Positions 1 to 9,243 of a stretch of 64,000 nt of DNA are shown piece by piece. Location: assembly GCA_045402985.1 (NCBI GenBank), contig JAXIPJ010000246.1:2264-66263 (forward strand), given 5' to 3'. The stretch's first letter is position 1. Every line of letters begins with the position of its first letter. Made by a program: the position numbers and the translations under genes. Under the pieces are notes generated by a model. It worked only from the letters and a program-made list of their open reading frames with translations. It did not search any database and had not been told where the DNA came from. Source of the DNA: Anaerolineales bacterium. GTDB lineage: Bacteria > Chloroflexota > Anaerolineae > Anaerolineales > Villigracilaceae.

Positions 1-539
1 AGGATAAAAAGACTTTGCCGCTCTGCACCTTCCACCTCGATCGGAATTGTAGACACATCATAGATGCGACCGAACCACGAGAATCCTTTTGCAGGGTTCT
101 TGGATTCTTCCATGCCATCCTGCTCGCCGGGAGACAATATCTCGGAAATTGGTTTTCCGATCACATTGAGATAACGAGTATTGAGACGGTCGATGACCGC
201 ATGGTTGCAGCGAATGATCATCCCCTCAGAATCGGTGACAAAGATCAGATCTGAAAATGAATCGAAGATGGCTTCCCATTCTTTTTTGCCCCGGGCGATG
301 ATGGCCGAGAGATTGTACTGAAACCCGAGCAAGCCCGCCATAATGCCGAGGATAATTGGAGTCAGGTCCAGTATATACAGCATGGGATTGATCCTGTGGA
401 TATATGGAAAAGCCCACAACGACAGTGGCAATTGATGTTTATCGAATGAGAGCCAAAGCCCTAAAATCAGCAGGAGAAGTCCCCCGAGAAACCCAATGGC
501 AGCAAATTGCTGCACCTTACGGTTTTTGAGCCAATCCAT
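1..539 (-). CDS. Membrane-anchored PAS-domain sensor protein, N-terminal part (runs off window start; probably a kinase or cyclic-nucleotide enzyme)
   Basis: Not in ORF track. Manual translation from ATG at 539 (GGAGGA RBS upstream on minus strand): MDWLKNRKVQQFAAIGFLGGLLLLILGLWL...KKEWEAIFDSFSDLIFVTDSEGMIIRCNHAV; two hydrophobic segments then a PAS N-terminus; open to the window edge. Confidence 0.8.
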   Translation of the reverse strand, partial: MDWLKNRKVQQFAAIGFLGGLLLLILGLWLSFDKHQLPLSLWAFPYIHRINPMLYILDLTPIILGIMAGLLGFQYNLSAIIARGKKEWEAIFDSFSDLIFVTDSEGMIIRCNHAVIDRLNTRYLNVIGKPISEILSPGEQDGMEESKNPAKGFSWFGRIYDVSTIPIEVEGAERQSLFI

Positions 540-741
540 GGAATTCCTCCATAACGATCAAGCAGTATCGCATAAATAACTAATCTGGAAGTTTGAGTTG
601 AGCCTGTGAATTATTACAAAGAGGTTTAGTGATTTATGAGATAAGGGATGGGACAACAGACTTGCTTTTTTAGTATAGCATACAAGCAGTGCCGACATCT
701 TACAAATGAATGGCGTTTCCAAAAGATTTTGCTTTGGCATT

Positions 742-776
742 CTTACTCCCCTCTCTAATTTAGAGAGGGGAGTAAG
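742..776. repeat. Perfect 16-bp inverted repeat with 3-nt loop
   Basis: CTTACTCCCCTCTCTA-ATT-TAGAGAGGGGAGTAAG. Confidence 0.75.
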
Positions 777-814
777 TTATAGAGGAAGGCAATGTAAAGG
801 TCACCAATCTGAGA

Positions 815-1063
815 GTGATCATTGGGACAAAAACCTACTCCATTTTAACTATCGATTCAGTCCGTATTCAAGAGAAGGAGCCCAAATTATTTCTGCCAGT
901 ATTTTATATGTTGATGGCAGCCGTTTGCTCAGCCCTGGTCGCTGTGTCAAATTTGGATGATTACTCACACTATTTGGAGATCGGTCTGTTTATGGACATT
1001 GGGGGATTACTATTCTTTCTACAAAATACAACATACGGGTCAGAAGTTCTGTACATGAACTGA
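815..1063 (+). CDS. Possible small membrane protein
   Basis: 82-aa ORF with two hydrophobic stretches; no family recognised, start uncertain. Confidence 0.25.
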   Translation: MIIGTKTYSILTIDSVRIQEKEPKLFLPVFYMLMAAVCSALVAVSNLDDYSHYLEIGLFMDIGGLLFFLQNTTYGSEVLYMN

Positions 1064-1406
1064 ATATTTTCGAAGCCAATAACAGGGATTCGGTGGAAAG
1101 AATCGTCAGCGTAATGAACAAAGCGATCAGCCTGCAGGTATGATTTATTCAGGCAGATGCTGGGAGGCACGCGAGAGGCCTCTCCTGAACCTGAATCGCA
1201 ATACCCGCCACTTGCTCAATCAAGGCTTTTCTTGTATCCTTATTTCATCCAATTTTGAGAATAATATTCAATGCCTGAATTTACCTTCAAGATTTCATCA
1301 TCAAACTGATATACTACTAGATACTAGGATTTCTCTATTGATGAGGCGTGCAAAGTCTTTAAAGGGGAATACTTTACAGGAACTTTTTGAGCTACTTTCC
1401 ATAAAA

Positions 1407-3116
1407 ATGGATAATGAGCTCAAGATTTTTCTGCAATCATTCAGGGAATTAGAGAATCTATTTCAGGCCCTGCCAATTACCAATAGCCAAGTTCAACTAT
1501 TAAAAGGTGTTCTTTCAGGGATTCAGAAGAATGCCGAAAACCTGGCCCTGTATGACTCAATTACCCATGCCCTTAATGCGCGTGCAGGAAAGTGGTTCCT
1601 GCCCAACCAGCCCATGAAAGGAATGGCAAAGATCGACATTTATGATATGCGGCAGGCCAACAAGGTATATGGGACCTCCGTAGTGGATTTGGAGCTGCAT
1701 AAATTAGCATATCAATTCATGTCCATGTTCACCCTTGATGAAGGCGATTTTGTGCATAGGTCTCCCGGCAGTGACGAATTCAAGATATTTTCCATATTGA
1801 AACCGCCTGAAGAAATGGGACTTCTGTTGGTAAAACCATACATTAACCAGGAAATGAACTCGCTGTTAACCTGGGATTTTGGCATTGGCCTTACAGAAAC
1901 TGAGGCAGAGAATGAGCTTCAAAAGCAGCGTAAGACGTACAGACCCCTGGTACTCAGACAAACCATTTTAGAGAGCCAATCAGAAATTCCGGTACGAATG
2001 GAGCACGATAATAACTACCAAAGCTGGGATGAGTTTAGCGGACCTTACGAAAGGCTTATCAAAAAGATCTCTGCCTTAAAGTTACCCTCGACACTGGAGC
2101 AACAAGCAATTGAGCAGGTTCGGATCACCAGGAACATTGTGGAGAACATAGTAACCAGAGATGCTTTAACAGGGGCACTCAACGGACTTGGAGCAAAGTG
2201 GTACCTGGATAACAAAATTGTTCAAAGCATAGCTTTGACGGACATGCTTAATATGCATGAAGGAAATACCCGATATGGTGGGGCTGCAATAGACCAGGAT
2301 CTGAAGCGGTTTTCAACCATGCTTTCGAAGCATTTCCCAAAAGCTGAAGGTTTTTCACTGTTTCGATCTGAACGTGCAGGCGATGAATTCATGATAACGT
2401 CGACGAAAAGTACGATCCCGGAACTGGAAAGCAAAATACGTATGGTCTGGCAAAATGACCTGCATCGTGGTCTGCTGGCATGGAATTTTGGCATCGGATT
2501 AAATGAAGGCGAAGCGCATGCTGATCTGTATAGAAACAGAGTTAAGGAAACAGAAATTCTGGAAATTTCAATTCTAAGCGGCAAATCAACTTTTATCATT
2601 GTCAGGCCGGAAAGCGAGGAATATTCCAGTCTATATCAGCATTCGGAACAGATAGCCCAGGTTGTCAATGGAGCGCCAATCATTGATCTGCATTTAACCA
2701 TACAGGCAATTCGAAATGTGGACGATTTTGCTTCCTTGCGAAAACGCCTGGAAGAATATTGCCTGAAATTACGCCCCTTTAAAATCACACTAAGAAATAT
2801 TGTGAGAATGAATGTGAATAATCAGGTGGGCAGGCTATGGTTGCTGGCAGAAAAAAACACAGCTTTGGAAAACATATATAACGATCTTGGTCAGATCGCA
2901 GGCGACATGGGATATGAGAGCTATCCTTACAAATCCCAGAATTGGCTGCCACATATAAAAATCGTCGATCTACCGGAAGATGGCTCAACCCGAATAAAAG
3001 ACCCTACCTTTGGAGCCAACGAAGATATCACTTTCACCGTAAGACGTTTCGAGTGGACTGTACAGAAAAGTGCAGAACATTGGGAGCTTCTGGATCAATT
3101 CCCATTTCCAGAGTGA
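1407..3116 (+). CDS. Tandem GGDEF-like nucleotide cyclase domains fused to a C-terminal 2H phosphoesterase
   Basis: Two repeated units (DSITHALN..DIYDMRQANKVYG..D..RSPGSDEF..FGIG and DALTGALN..DMLNMHEGNTRYG..D..RAGDEF..FGIG), then LHLTI and WLPHIKI 2H-type motifs. ORF is open from 1140; start at 1341 or 1407 more likely. Confidence 0.7.
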   Translation: MDNELKIFLQSFRELENLFQALPITNSQVQLLKGVLSGIQKNAENLALYDSITHALNARAGKWFLPNQPMKGMAKIDIYDMRQANKVYGTSVVDLELHKLAYQFMSMFTLDEGDFVHRSPGSDEFKIFSILKPPEEMGLLLVKPYINQEMNSLLTWDFGIGLTETEAENELQKQRKTYRPLVLRQTILESQSEIPVRMEHDNNYQSWDEFSGPYERLIKKISALKLPSTLEQQAIEQVRITRNIVENIVTRDALTGALNGLGAKWYLDNKIVQSIALTDMLNMHEGNTRYGGAAIDQDLKRFSTMLSKHFPKAEGFSLFRSERAGDEFMITSTKSTIPELESKIRMVWQNDLHRGLLAWNFGIGLNEGEAHADLYRNRVKETEILEISILSGKSTFIIVRPESEEYSSLYQHSEQIAQVVNGAPIIDLHLTIQAIRNVDDFASLRKRLEEYCLKLRPFKITLRNIVRMNVNNQVGRLWLLAEKNTALENIYNDLGQIAGDMGYESYPYKSQNWLPHIKIVDLPEDGSTRIKDPTFGANEDITFTVRRFEWTVQKSAEHWELLDQFPFPE

Positions 3117-3264
3117 TCCTCCTTCTTATTTCCGTGATCGTGTAAGGAGGAAGATGGCAGTTTCCCTTTTTTGATCGGGTGGAGACAGGTTGTAATGAAT
3201 TTCGTCTTGCACTGAAAAAGGTTTTCTTGTATGCTTACCCATACCCATTTAGAGATCAACTCCA

Positions 3265-3475
3265 ATGCCTGAATTCACTCCGCAGGATTTCGTCAGCAAA
3301 TGGAAGCGTGTTACTTCACGCGAGAAGCAGACCTATCAGGAACACTTCATTGACCTGTGTCGTTTGGTCGATCATCAAACGCCGAATGAAGCGGACCCCA
3401 CGGGCAGGCGCTATGCATTTGAGATGGGTACAGCCAAGACCAGTGGCGGACAAGGTTGAGTGGATGTAGAAAAGC
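3265..3475 (+). pseudogene. 5' fragment of MmeI-like (type IIL/IIG) restriction-modification DNA methyltransferase
   Basis: MPEFTPQDFVSKWKRVTSREKQTYQEHFIDLCRLVDHQTPNEADPTGRRYAFEMGTAKTSGGQG*VDV matches the N-terminus of this family; TGA stands where an aromatic residue (likely TGG) is expected; similarity ends a few codons later. Confidence 0.75.
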
Positions 3476-3707
3476 TTACATAACCCAATATTTGGCGTTC
3501 CCATCCTTATATTCAACATGTGGGCATGGATACACCCGAAATCATTGAGTTTTACTTCTTTGGGAAGAAAAAGAAGATATATAATAGACCTAAATGCGCT
3601 TTATCAAACCATCTGTCAAGAATTGAGGCCATGTTGGTCAGACCTTATCTGCGCCGACAAGTGAGCCTGAAAAGCCAAAGGGTACATCCAATGGATAGGG
3701 AGTAAAC

Positions 3708-5099
3708 ATGAATTGGCCAATCAAAGAATACGATATCGAAAATCTATATCTTGATCAATATAACATTCGAACACCTATTTCGGACCAAGACCAAAATGCG
3801 CTGATCCAGGATATGTTCGCCAATGAAAGTGCTTTTGATATTGTTAGAAGTTTTGTGCAAAATGGTATCTTTCCCGATGAGCTTCCCATTGTGGTAAAAG
3901 AAAACAGCAAGCTAATCATGATTGAGGGAAATCGTCGGCTGGCCGCACTGAAGGCATTGAAAGAGTCCCATATTGTTCCGATCTGGCAGAAAAAAATCGA
4001 AGCGCTCAATAATCCACGCATAAATAGAATACCAGTTGTCCTGGCGCCGAATCGTGAATCTGCCATCAAGCATATTGCCAACAAACATACGGTTGATTAT
4101 CGGCGTCCGTGGAAACCATTGCGTCAAGCATATTTCTATAAAAGCCAATTAGATAATGGCAAATCTCTCGAAGAGATCACTGCGGAATTTCCAGAGCATG
4201 ATATTCCCCGATTTATCAAGATGCTGGAAATACACCACATGGCCAGATCCGTTGATATCAACGACGCTCTCAAGGAAAAAATCCATGATGAACGCGGCTT
4301 TCCAATTACGACTCTCGAACGCTTTTATGATGACAAGACAGTGGCGAACTTTTTGGGCATTGGTTTTGATGATCTGGGAAAAGTCAAGGGGAACATCGAT
4401 AAGCAAGAGTTTGAGAAAGGTTTCAAGAAAATCATAGAAGACATTGCGACCGGCATCATAGACTCGCGCAAATTTAACACCACTGAAGAGCGACGCGATT
4501 ATATTAACAAGTTACCCGATGAATACCAGCCAGATCTGTCTAAGAAAGGCACCTTTGGCACATCAGACTTCAAGCCCGTGGCGGTTCCACAGACTAAAAC
4601 CAAAACAAACCAGAAACGAAGTAAAAAGATTCCTACAGGTCTGTTCTTTCAAGGGGATGTACCATATAATCTATCCAGCTCATCATTGCGCATTATTTAT
4701 AACGAGTTGAAAGACATCAACGTTCATGATTTTCCCAATGCAACACATGATCTCTTGAGAAGCTTCTTAGAATGTGCCTTAGTGTATTATCTGAAGGAAA
4801 CTAATGAATATCAGTTGATTCAGAAGAATCCGCAACACAATCCAAAGCTGAGTGAGCTATTGACATTTGTGGCATCTGCGCGATGCAAATCGATCACCGA
4901 TAACAACATCAAGCAGATCATAAATCAATTCAAGCAAAATTGGGCAGATGCTTATTCTCTTGAGCGATTGAATATGACCAACCATAATGAAAACTGGAAT
5001 ACAACAGAAACAGAAGTACGTAGTACTTGGGCAAAATTAGAAGCATTCTTTAAAATCATATTGAACCCAAATATTTACCCGTCATATGGCATAACCTGA
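3708..5099 (+). CDS. ParB/Srx-like N-terminal domain protein with HEPN-like C-terminus
   Basis: LYLDQYNIR and MIEGNRRLAALKAL (ParB-like); C-terminal LLRSFLECAL...RLNMTNHN resembles HEPN. Confidence 0.7.
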   Translation: MNWPIKEYDIENLYLDQYNIRTPISDQDQNALIQDMFANESAFDIVRSFVQNGIFPDELPIVVKENSKLIMIEGNRRLAALKALKESHIVPIWQKKIEALNNPRINRIPVVLAPNRESAIKHIANKHTVDYRRPWKPLRQAYFYKSQLDNGKSLEEITAEFPEHDIPRFIKMLEIHHMARSVDINDALKEKIHDERGFPITTLERFYDDKTVANFLGIGFDDLGKVKGNIDKQEFEKGFKKIIEDIATGIIDSRKFNTTEERRDYINKLPDEYQPDLSKKGTFGTSDFKPVAVPQTKTKTNQKRSKKIPTGLFFQGDVPYNLSSSSLRIIYNELKDINVHDFPNATHDLLRSFLECALVYYLKETNEYQLIQKNPQHNPKLSELLTFVASARCKSITDNNIKQIINQFKQNWADAYSLERLNMTNHNENWNTTETEVRSTWAKLEAFFKIILNPNIYPSYGIT

Positions 5100-5148
5100 G
5101 CAATTTAGTGAAGCATTTTGGAATCCTGCGTAGCAATTTAAGTCTCAT

Positions 5149-6030
5149 ATGCATGCCTTAATTACTCCTCTCCGATATCCTGGCGGCAAAGGGCAACTTG
5201 CCAATTATATTAAGCTATTAATCAAGAAAAACAAACTTATGGATGGCTGTTATGCTGAGGTTTATGCAGGAGGGGCCGCGATAGCAATGTCTCTGCTCCT
5301 TGATGGGTATGTATCTCAAGTGATTATTAATGATATTGATCCAGCACTTTATGCATTTTGGTCAATAGTTCTCCATCAGCCAAGTGATCTAAGTAAACTT
5401 GTCACTGATACACCGGTCAATATGAGTCAATGGCATAGACAAAAGGCGATTCATGCTGATTACCCTAACTACAGTCAACTTGAGCTTGCCTTTGCTACAC
5501 TCTTTCTAAATCGTACTAATCGATCGGGTATTCTAAAGGGAGGCGTGATCGGTGGTAAAGAACAAGCTGGGAAATGGAAGCTCGATGCTCGGTACAACAA
5601 AACCAATCTTATTAATCGTATCGATCGAATTGCAAGACATGCCGACAAGATAACTGTTCTCAATCTGGATGCAGCGAAGTTTATCAGAACGGTCGTACCC
5701 AAACTTCCACGAAATACATTTGTGTTTTTGGATCCACCTTACTATGTGAAAGGAAAAGGTCTTTACGAACATCATTACATCCATGCTGACCATGTGCGCA
5801 TTGCCAAGCTTATCAAGAGCTACGTGAAGCGTCCCTGGCTTGTATCGTATGACGATACAACACAAATACGGCAACTGTACAACGGTTTTCACCAGCAATC
5901 TTACAAACTGAGCTATAGCGCCCAAGACAGATATAAGGGAGCAGAGCTACTGATTTATAGTGAGCGCTTATCTATTCCTTCTTCTATGAATCCTTTAAAT
6001 ATCTCAAATCGAATAATTAAAGAAGCTTGA
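5149..6030 (+). CDS. DNA adenine methyltransferase (Dam/D12 class)
   Basis: TPLRYPGGK, EVYAGGA, INDID, FLNRTNRSG and catalytic DPPYY motifs. Confidence 0.93.
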   Translation: MHALITPLRYPGGKGQLANYIKLLIKKNKLMDGCYAEVYAGGAAIAMSLLLDGYVSQVIINDIDPALYAFWSIVLHQPSDLSKLVTDTPVNMSQWHRQKAIHADYPNYSQLELAFATLFLNRTNRSGILKGGVIGGKEQAGKWKLDARYNKTNLINRIDRIARHADKITVLNLDAAKFIRTVVPKLPRNTFVFLDPPYYVKGKGLYEHHYIHADHVRIAKLIKSYVKRPWLVSYDDTTQIRQLYNGFHQQSYKLSYSAQDRYKGAELLIYSERLSIPSSMNPLNISNRIIKEA

Positions 6031-6033
6031 TGG

Positions 6034-6945
6034 ATGCTTTTTCACGAGCAAGTTAGCATGGCAGCAAAAAATAAAAGAGACCGATTGTCCTACCTCATCA
6101 ATTCGATTCAAACTCAATCGGCCGACGAGTTAACATGGGGTGACTCCATAAAGAGCCCAGCAGTCCATTTCTTAACTCAGATTGTAAATTTGAATAAATC
6201 GTTACGATACTGCATGGAGAAATTCCCCTCGCGGAATAGGTCAGTTTCCAAACCAGTCTATAAATCTGTTGACAAACTAACTGCGGATGGTCAGAAAGTC
6301 ATTCACAGGCTTAGTGCAGCATCTTTCGTCGCTATGATGGGACATTTTGAAATATATCAACGTTCTTTTGTTTCCAGGTTGTTCGAAGCAACAAGATTCC
6401 TAAGAGATCTGAACATAGATATGGTAATGAAGAGAATTTTAGGTGATAGCAAAGATAGTGGGATTCGAATTGTTGATATTGCCGCGTATCGTGGCCAGCC
6501 CGCCAATATTGGCGGGCTGCTAACAGATAACATTTCGGGATGGCACAACCCTCAGCGAGTAAATGAGATTATTAAAGCTATGCTTGAAAAAACTGATTTT
6601 TATTCAGGCGCAGATATTGATTACCTAAATTGTCTTTGGCAAATACGCCATTCGATAGCCCATACAGGAGGCTTGTTGACCCTGCCAGATGCGCAAAAAG
6701 TGCCGCGGCTAAAAAATATTGGTGATAAGCGCATGTTTTTTGATCACAATTTTATCCGCCAAGTTCACGAAGAGTTTCATGAAATTGTGAAACAGTCAAT
6801 TGGTCGAGCGGCACAGGCGTTTAAGAACAATGTTGAGACTGCCTATAAATCTGATGAAGATGAAAAATATAAAATCTTGTCGAGTGAAGAAGTTGAGAGC
6901 CTATTTAAAGTTACTTCTCCACGGCAATCGCAGTTGAGAGATTGA
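6034..6945 (+). CDS. HEPN-like domain protein
   Basis: Helical protein with MGHFEIYQR and Rx4H motif QIRHSIAHTGG; starts 3 nt after the methylase stop. Confidence 0.6.
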   Translation: MLFHEQVSMAAKNKRDRLSYLINSIQTQSADELTWGDSIKSPAVHFLTQIVNLNKSLRYCMEKFPSRNRSVSKPVYKSVDKLTADGQKVIHRLSAASFVAMMGHFEIYQRSFVSRLFEATRFLRDLNIDMVMKRILGDSKDSGIRIVDIAAYRGQPANIGGLLTDNISGWHNPQRVNEIIKAMLEKTDFYSGADIDYLNCLWQIRHSIAHTGGLLTLPDAQKVPRLKNIGDKRMFFDHNFIRQVHEEFHEIVKQSIGRAAQAFKNNVETAYKSDEDEKYKILSSEEVESLFKVTSPRQSQLRD

Positions 6946-6964
6946 AATCAGTAGAATTCCATGT

Positions 6965-7210
6965 CTAGTCGATCAACGTGACTGCTGGCTCAACGCCGCA
7001 TCGTCCCCACAGGGGGAAGGTCTCAGTGATACAGATAAGAAAAAGCGAACGCTGACAAACTTATACAATGCCCGTCCCACCTGGCTTGATCTCGCGCACA
7101 AGCGGCTCGATGAAGCCGTCTTTGCCGCGTATGGCTGGAAGTCTGATTTGTCCGATGAGGAGATTTTGGAGAAACTGCTCGCGTTGAATTTGAAGAGGAG
7201 CAAGGGCTAG
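6965..7210 (+). pseudogene. MmeI-like methyltransferase 3'-end fragment, copy 1 (longest)
   Basis: No start codon; translates LVDQRDCWLNAASSPQGEGLSDTDKKKRTLTNLYNARPTWLDLAHKRLDEAVFAAYGWKSDLSDEEILEKLLALNLKRSKG*, the conserved C-terminus of this family. Confidence 0.8.
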
Positions 7211-7242
7211 ATAGGTGATATTCACCTTCTAAGAGGAGAATA

Positions 7243-8121
7243 GTGTATATGTCAGTTCAATCAATCCTCAGCAGTATTTCCAGCCTGCAACGCGAGATTC
7301 AATCCCTTCAACGTCAACTAACGGACGAGGCAAAGAAGTTGGCAGACAAGTCTGGTCGAATCGGTCAGATCAGCGGAAGCATCACTAAATCAACGAGCCT
7401 TTCTACATCGCAGAGCAAACAGCGTGACATTCAAAATCTTGAAAAAGATATCGTGAAAATACATAGTAAACAGGCAGAACTCCACAGACGTATTGCAGAT
7501 AAAACAGCACAACTGCACAAAAATGAACAACAGCTTTATACAGAACAGGGTAAAGAGCGAGAGAAAGAACAAAAGAAACTATTAGATTCTCTAAAGCGCA
7601 AGGAACAGGAAGATAAAAGCAGACAGGACCAAATGCTAAATGAAGTTCGTGCGTTTGCACGAACAACACCCATGCGGTTTAGTTCCATTACATCCAGTAG
7701 TCCTCAGCCAAGTTACGATGCTTTCATTTCTCATGCTACTGAAGATAAGAATGATTTAGTCCGTTCATTAGCAGAGTTGTTGCAGAAAAATGGATTTTCA
7801 ATTTGGTATGATGATTTTCAGTTAAAAGTTGGAGACAGCCTCAGACGCTCTATTGATAAGGGACTAGCTAACTCTCGATTTGGGATAGTTATACTCTCGC
7901 CTCATTTCTTCGCTAAGAATTGGCCACAGTACGAACTGGATGGGCTAATTGCCAAAGAAATGGCTGGAGGAGAAAGGATACTTCCTATTTGGCACAAAGT
8001 CTCAAAAGATGAGGTACTGAGTTACAGTCCCACCTTAGCTGATAGAGTTGCCTTGAACACAGCAACGAACACAATTGAAGAATTAGCTCAAGAGTTAGAA
8101 AAAGTGTTACAGAAAAATTGA
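7243..8121 (+). CDS. Coiled-coil plus TIR domain protein (TcpB/TirS-like, putative NADase)
   Basis: N-terminal coiled coil; YDAFISHATEDK, WYDDF, GDSLRRSIDKGL, WPQYELDGL with catalytic Glu; AGGAG RBS. Confidence 0.9.
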   Translation: MYMSVQSILSSISSLQREIQSLQRQLTDEAKKLADKSGRIGQISGSITKSTSLSTSQSKQRDIQNLEKDIVKIHSKQAELHRRIADKTAQLHKNEQQLYTEQGKEREKEQKKLLDSLKRKEQEDKSRQDQMLNEVRAFARTTPMRFSSITSSSPQPSYDAFISHATEDKNDLVRSLAELLQKNGFSIWYDDFQLKVGDSLRRSIDKGLANSRFGIVILSPHFFAKNWPQYELDGLIAKEMAGGERILPIWHKVSKDEVLSYSPTLADRVALNTATNTIEELAQELEKVLQKN

Positions 8122-8141
8122 ATTCATCAACTTCACAACTC

Positions 8142-8306
8142 ATCCTCACCTACTTCTACAAAACCTGTCCCGTTTGGCTTGATCTCGCATACAAGCAGCT
8201 GGATGAGGCAGTCTTTGCGGCTTATGGCTGGAAGTCTGATCTAAGCGATGAGGAGATTTTGGAGAAGCTGCTGTCCCTGAATTTGGAGCGGGGAAAGAAG
8301 GAATAA
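8142..8306 (+). repeat. MmeI-like methyltransferase 3'-end fragment, copy 2
   Basis: ILTYFYKTCPVWLDLAYKQLDEAVFAAYGWKSDLSDEEILEKLLSLNLERGKKE*; direct repeat of copy 1. Confidence 0.85.
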
Positions 8307-8553
8307 AAATTGCCCCATTCGGGGTGAAGGAGGCAGACTCAGGGGTCAGAATCGGGATAAATCAACTCTACAATCCATCGCTCATCATCTCTACGCTGTG
8401 GAATTGGTCAGATGCTTGGACTTTTGCAGTCCCATTTGCATCCTCCCTTGCTTTAGAATTATGATGTAACCTTGCGGTTAGCGCATACTTGTGGCGCGCC
8501 CAGACAGGCAAGGTCCAACTTTTTACTTTACTTTGCAATGAAAGGATTTATCC

Positions 8554-9003
8554 ATGGAAGATAAAATGATTTTGATTGTGGAAGACAATCCCGACGACGA
8601 GGCGCTGACGATACGTGCTTTGAAGAAGAACAACATTGGCAACCGTCTCGTTGTCGTTCGCGATGGAGTAGAAGCTTTGGATTTTTTATTCTGTACTGGC
8701 ATCTATTCTGACCGTGATCCTCATGATTTACCTCAAACAATCCTGCTAGATTTAAGGCTTCCGAAAGTGGATGGGTTGGAAGTGCTGAAACGTATCCGCG
8801 CCGACCAGCATACCAGCATGCTTCCTGTTGTGATCCTCACATCCTCGAAAGAGGAGCAGGATGTGATTGAAGGCTATAAATATGGGGCTAACTCTTACAT
8901 ACGCAAACCGGTGGACTTCAATCAATTTGTTAATTCTGTGCACCAGCTGGGTCTTTACTGGCTGGTGTTGAACGAGGCGCCCTCGCTTCAGGAGGCTGGA
9001 TAA
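8554..9003 (+). CDS. Single-domain response regulator (Rcp1-like)
   Basis: ILIVEDNPDD, ILLDLRLPKVDG, VILTSS, GANSYIRKPVDF, LGLYWL. Confidence 0.93.
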   Translation: MEDKMILIVEDNPDDEALTIRALKKNNIGNRLVVVRDGVEALDFLFCTGIYSDRDPHDLPQTILLDLRLPKVDGLEVLKRIRADQHTSMLPVVILTSSKEEQDVIEGYKYGANSYIRKPVDFNQFVNSVHQLGLYWLVLNEAPSLQEAG

Positions 9004-9016
9004 TGGGAAAAGCATT

Positions 9017-9158
9017 GCGCGTCCTGCCTGGCTGAACCACATACAAGCGGCTCGATGAGGCAGTCTTTGCGGCGTATGAGTGGAAAAGTGATTTATCTGA
9101 TAAGGAGATTTTGGAGAAGTTACTGGCGTTGAATTTGGAGAGAGGGAAGCCCAGGTGA
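9017..9158 (+). repeat. MmeI-like methyltransferase 3'-end fragment, copy 3 (frameshifted)
   Basis: ARPAWLNH/fs/YKRLDEAVFAAYEWKSDLSDKEILEKLLALNLERGKPR*; overlaps palindrome CCCAGGTGAC-A-GTCACCTGGG (9150-9170). Confidence 0.85.
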
Positions 9159-9243
9159 CAGTCACCTGGGGTCTTGACTGTGTCGAAGGAAAAGGTTTCC
9201 CTTGCCAAGCGAATAAAGGAAATCATTTGATCGAGAGACTAAT

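Noticed and set aside
3458-3475. TGA in the R-M 5' fragment as selenocysteine or read-through
   Set aside because: Position corresponds to an aromatic residue, not Cys, and similarity ends a few codons later
8118-8306. 62-aa ORF as an independent gene
   Set aside because: TTG start overlaps the TIR stop with no clear RBS, and the product is the R-M tail; kept as a repeat, though translation is not excluded
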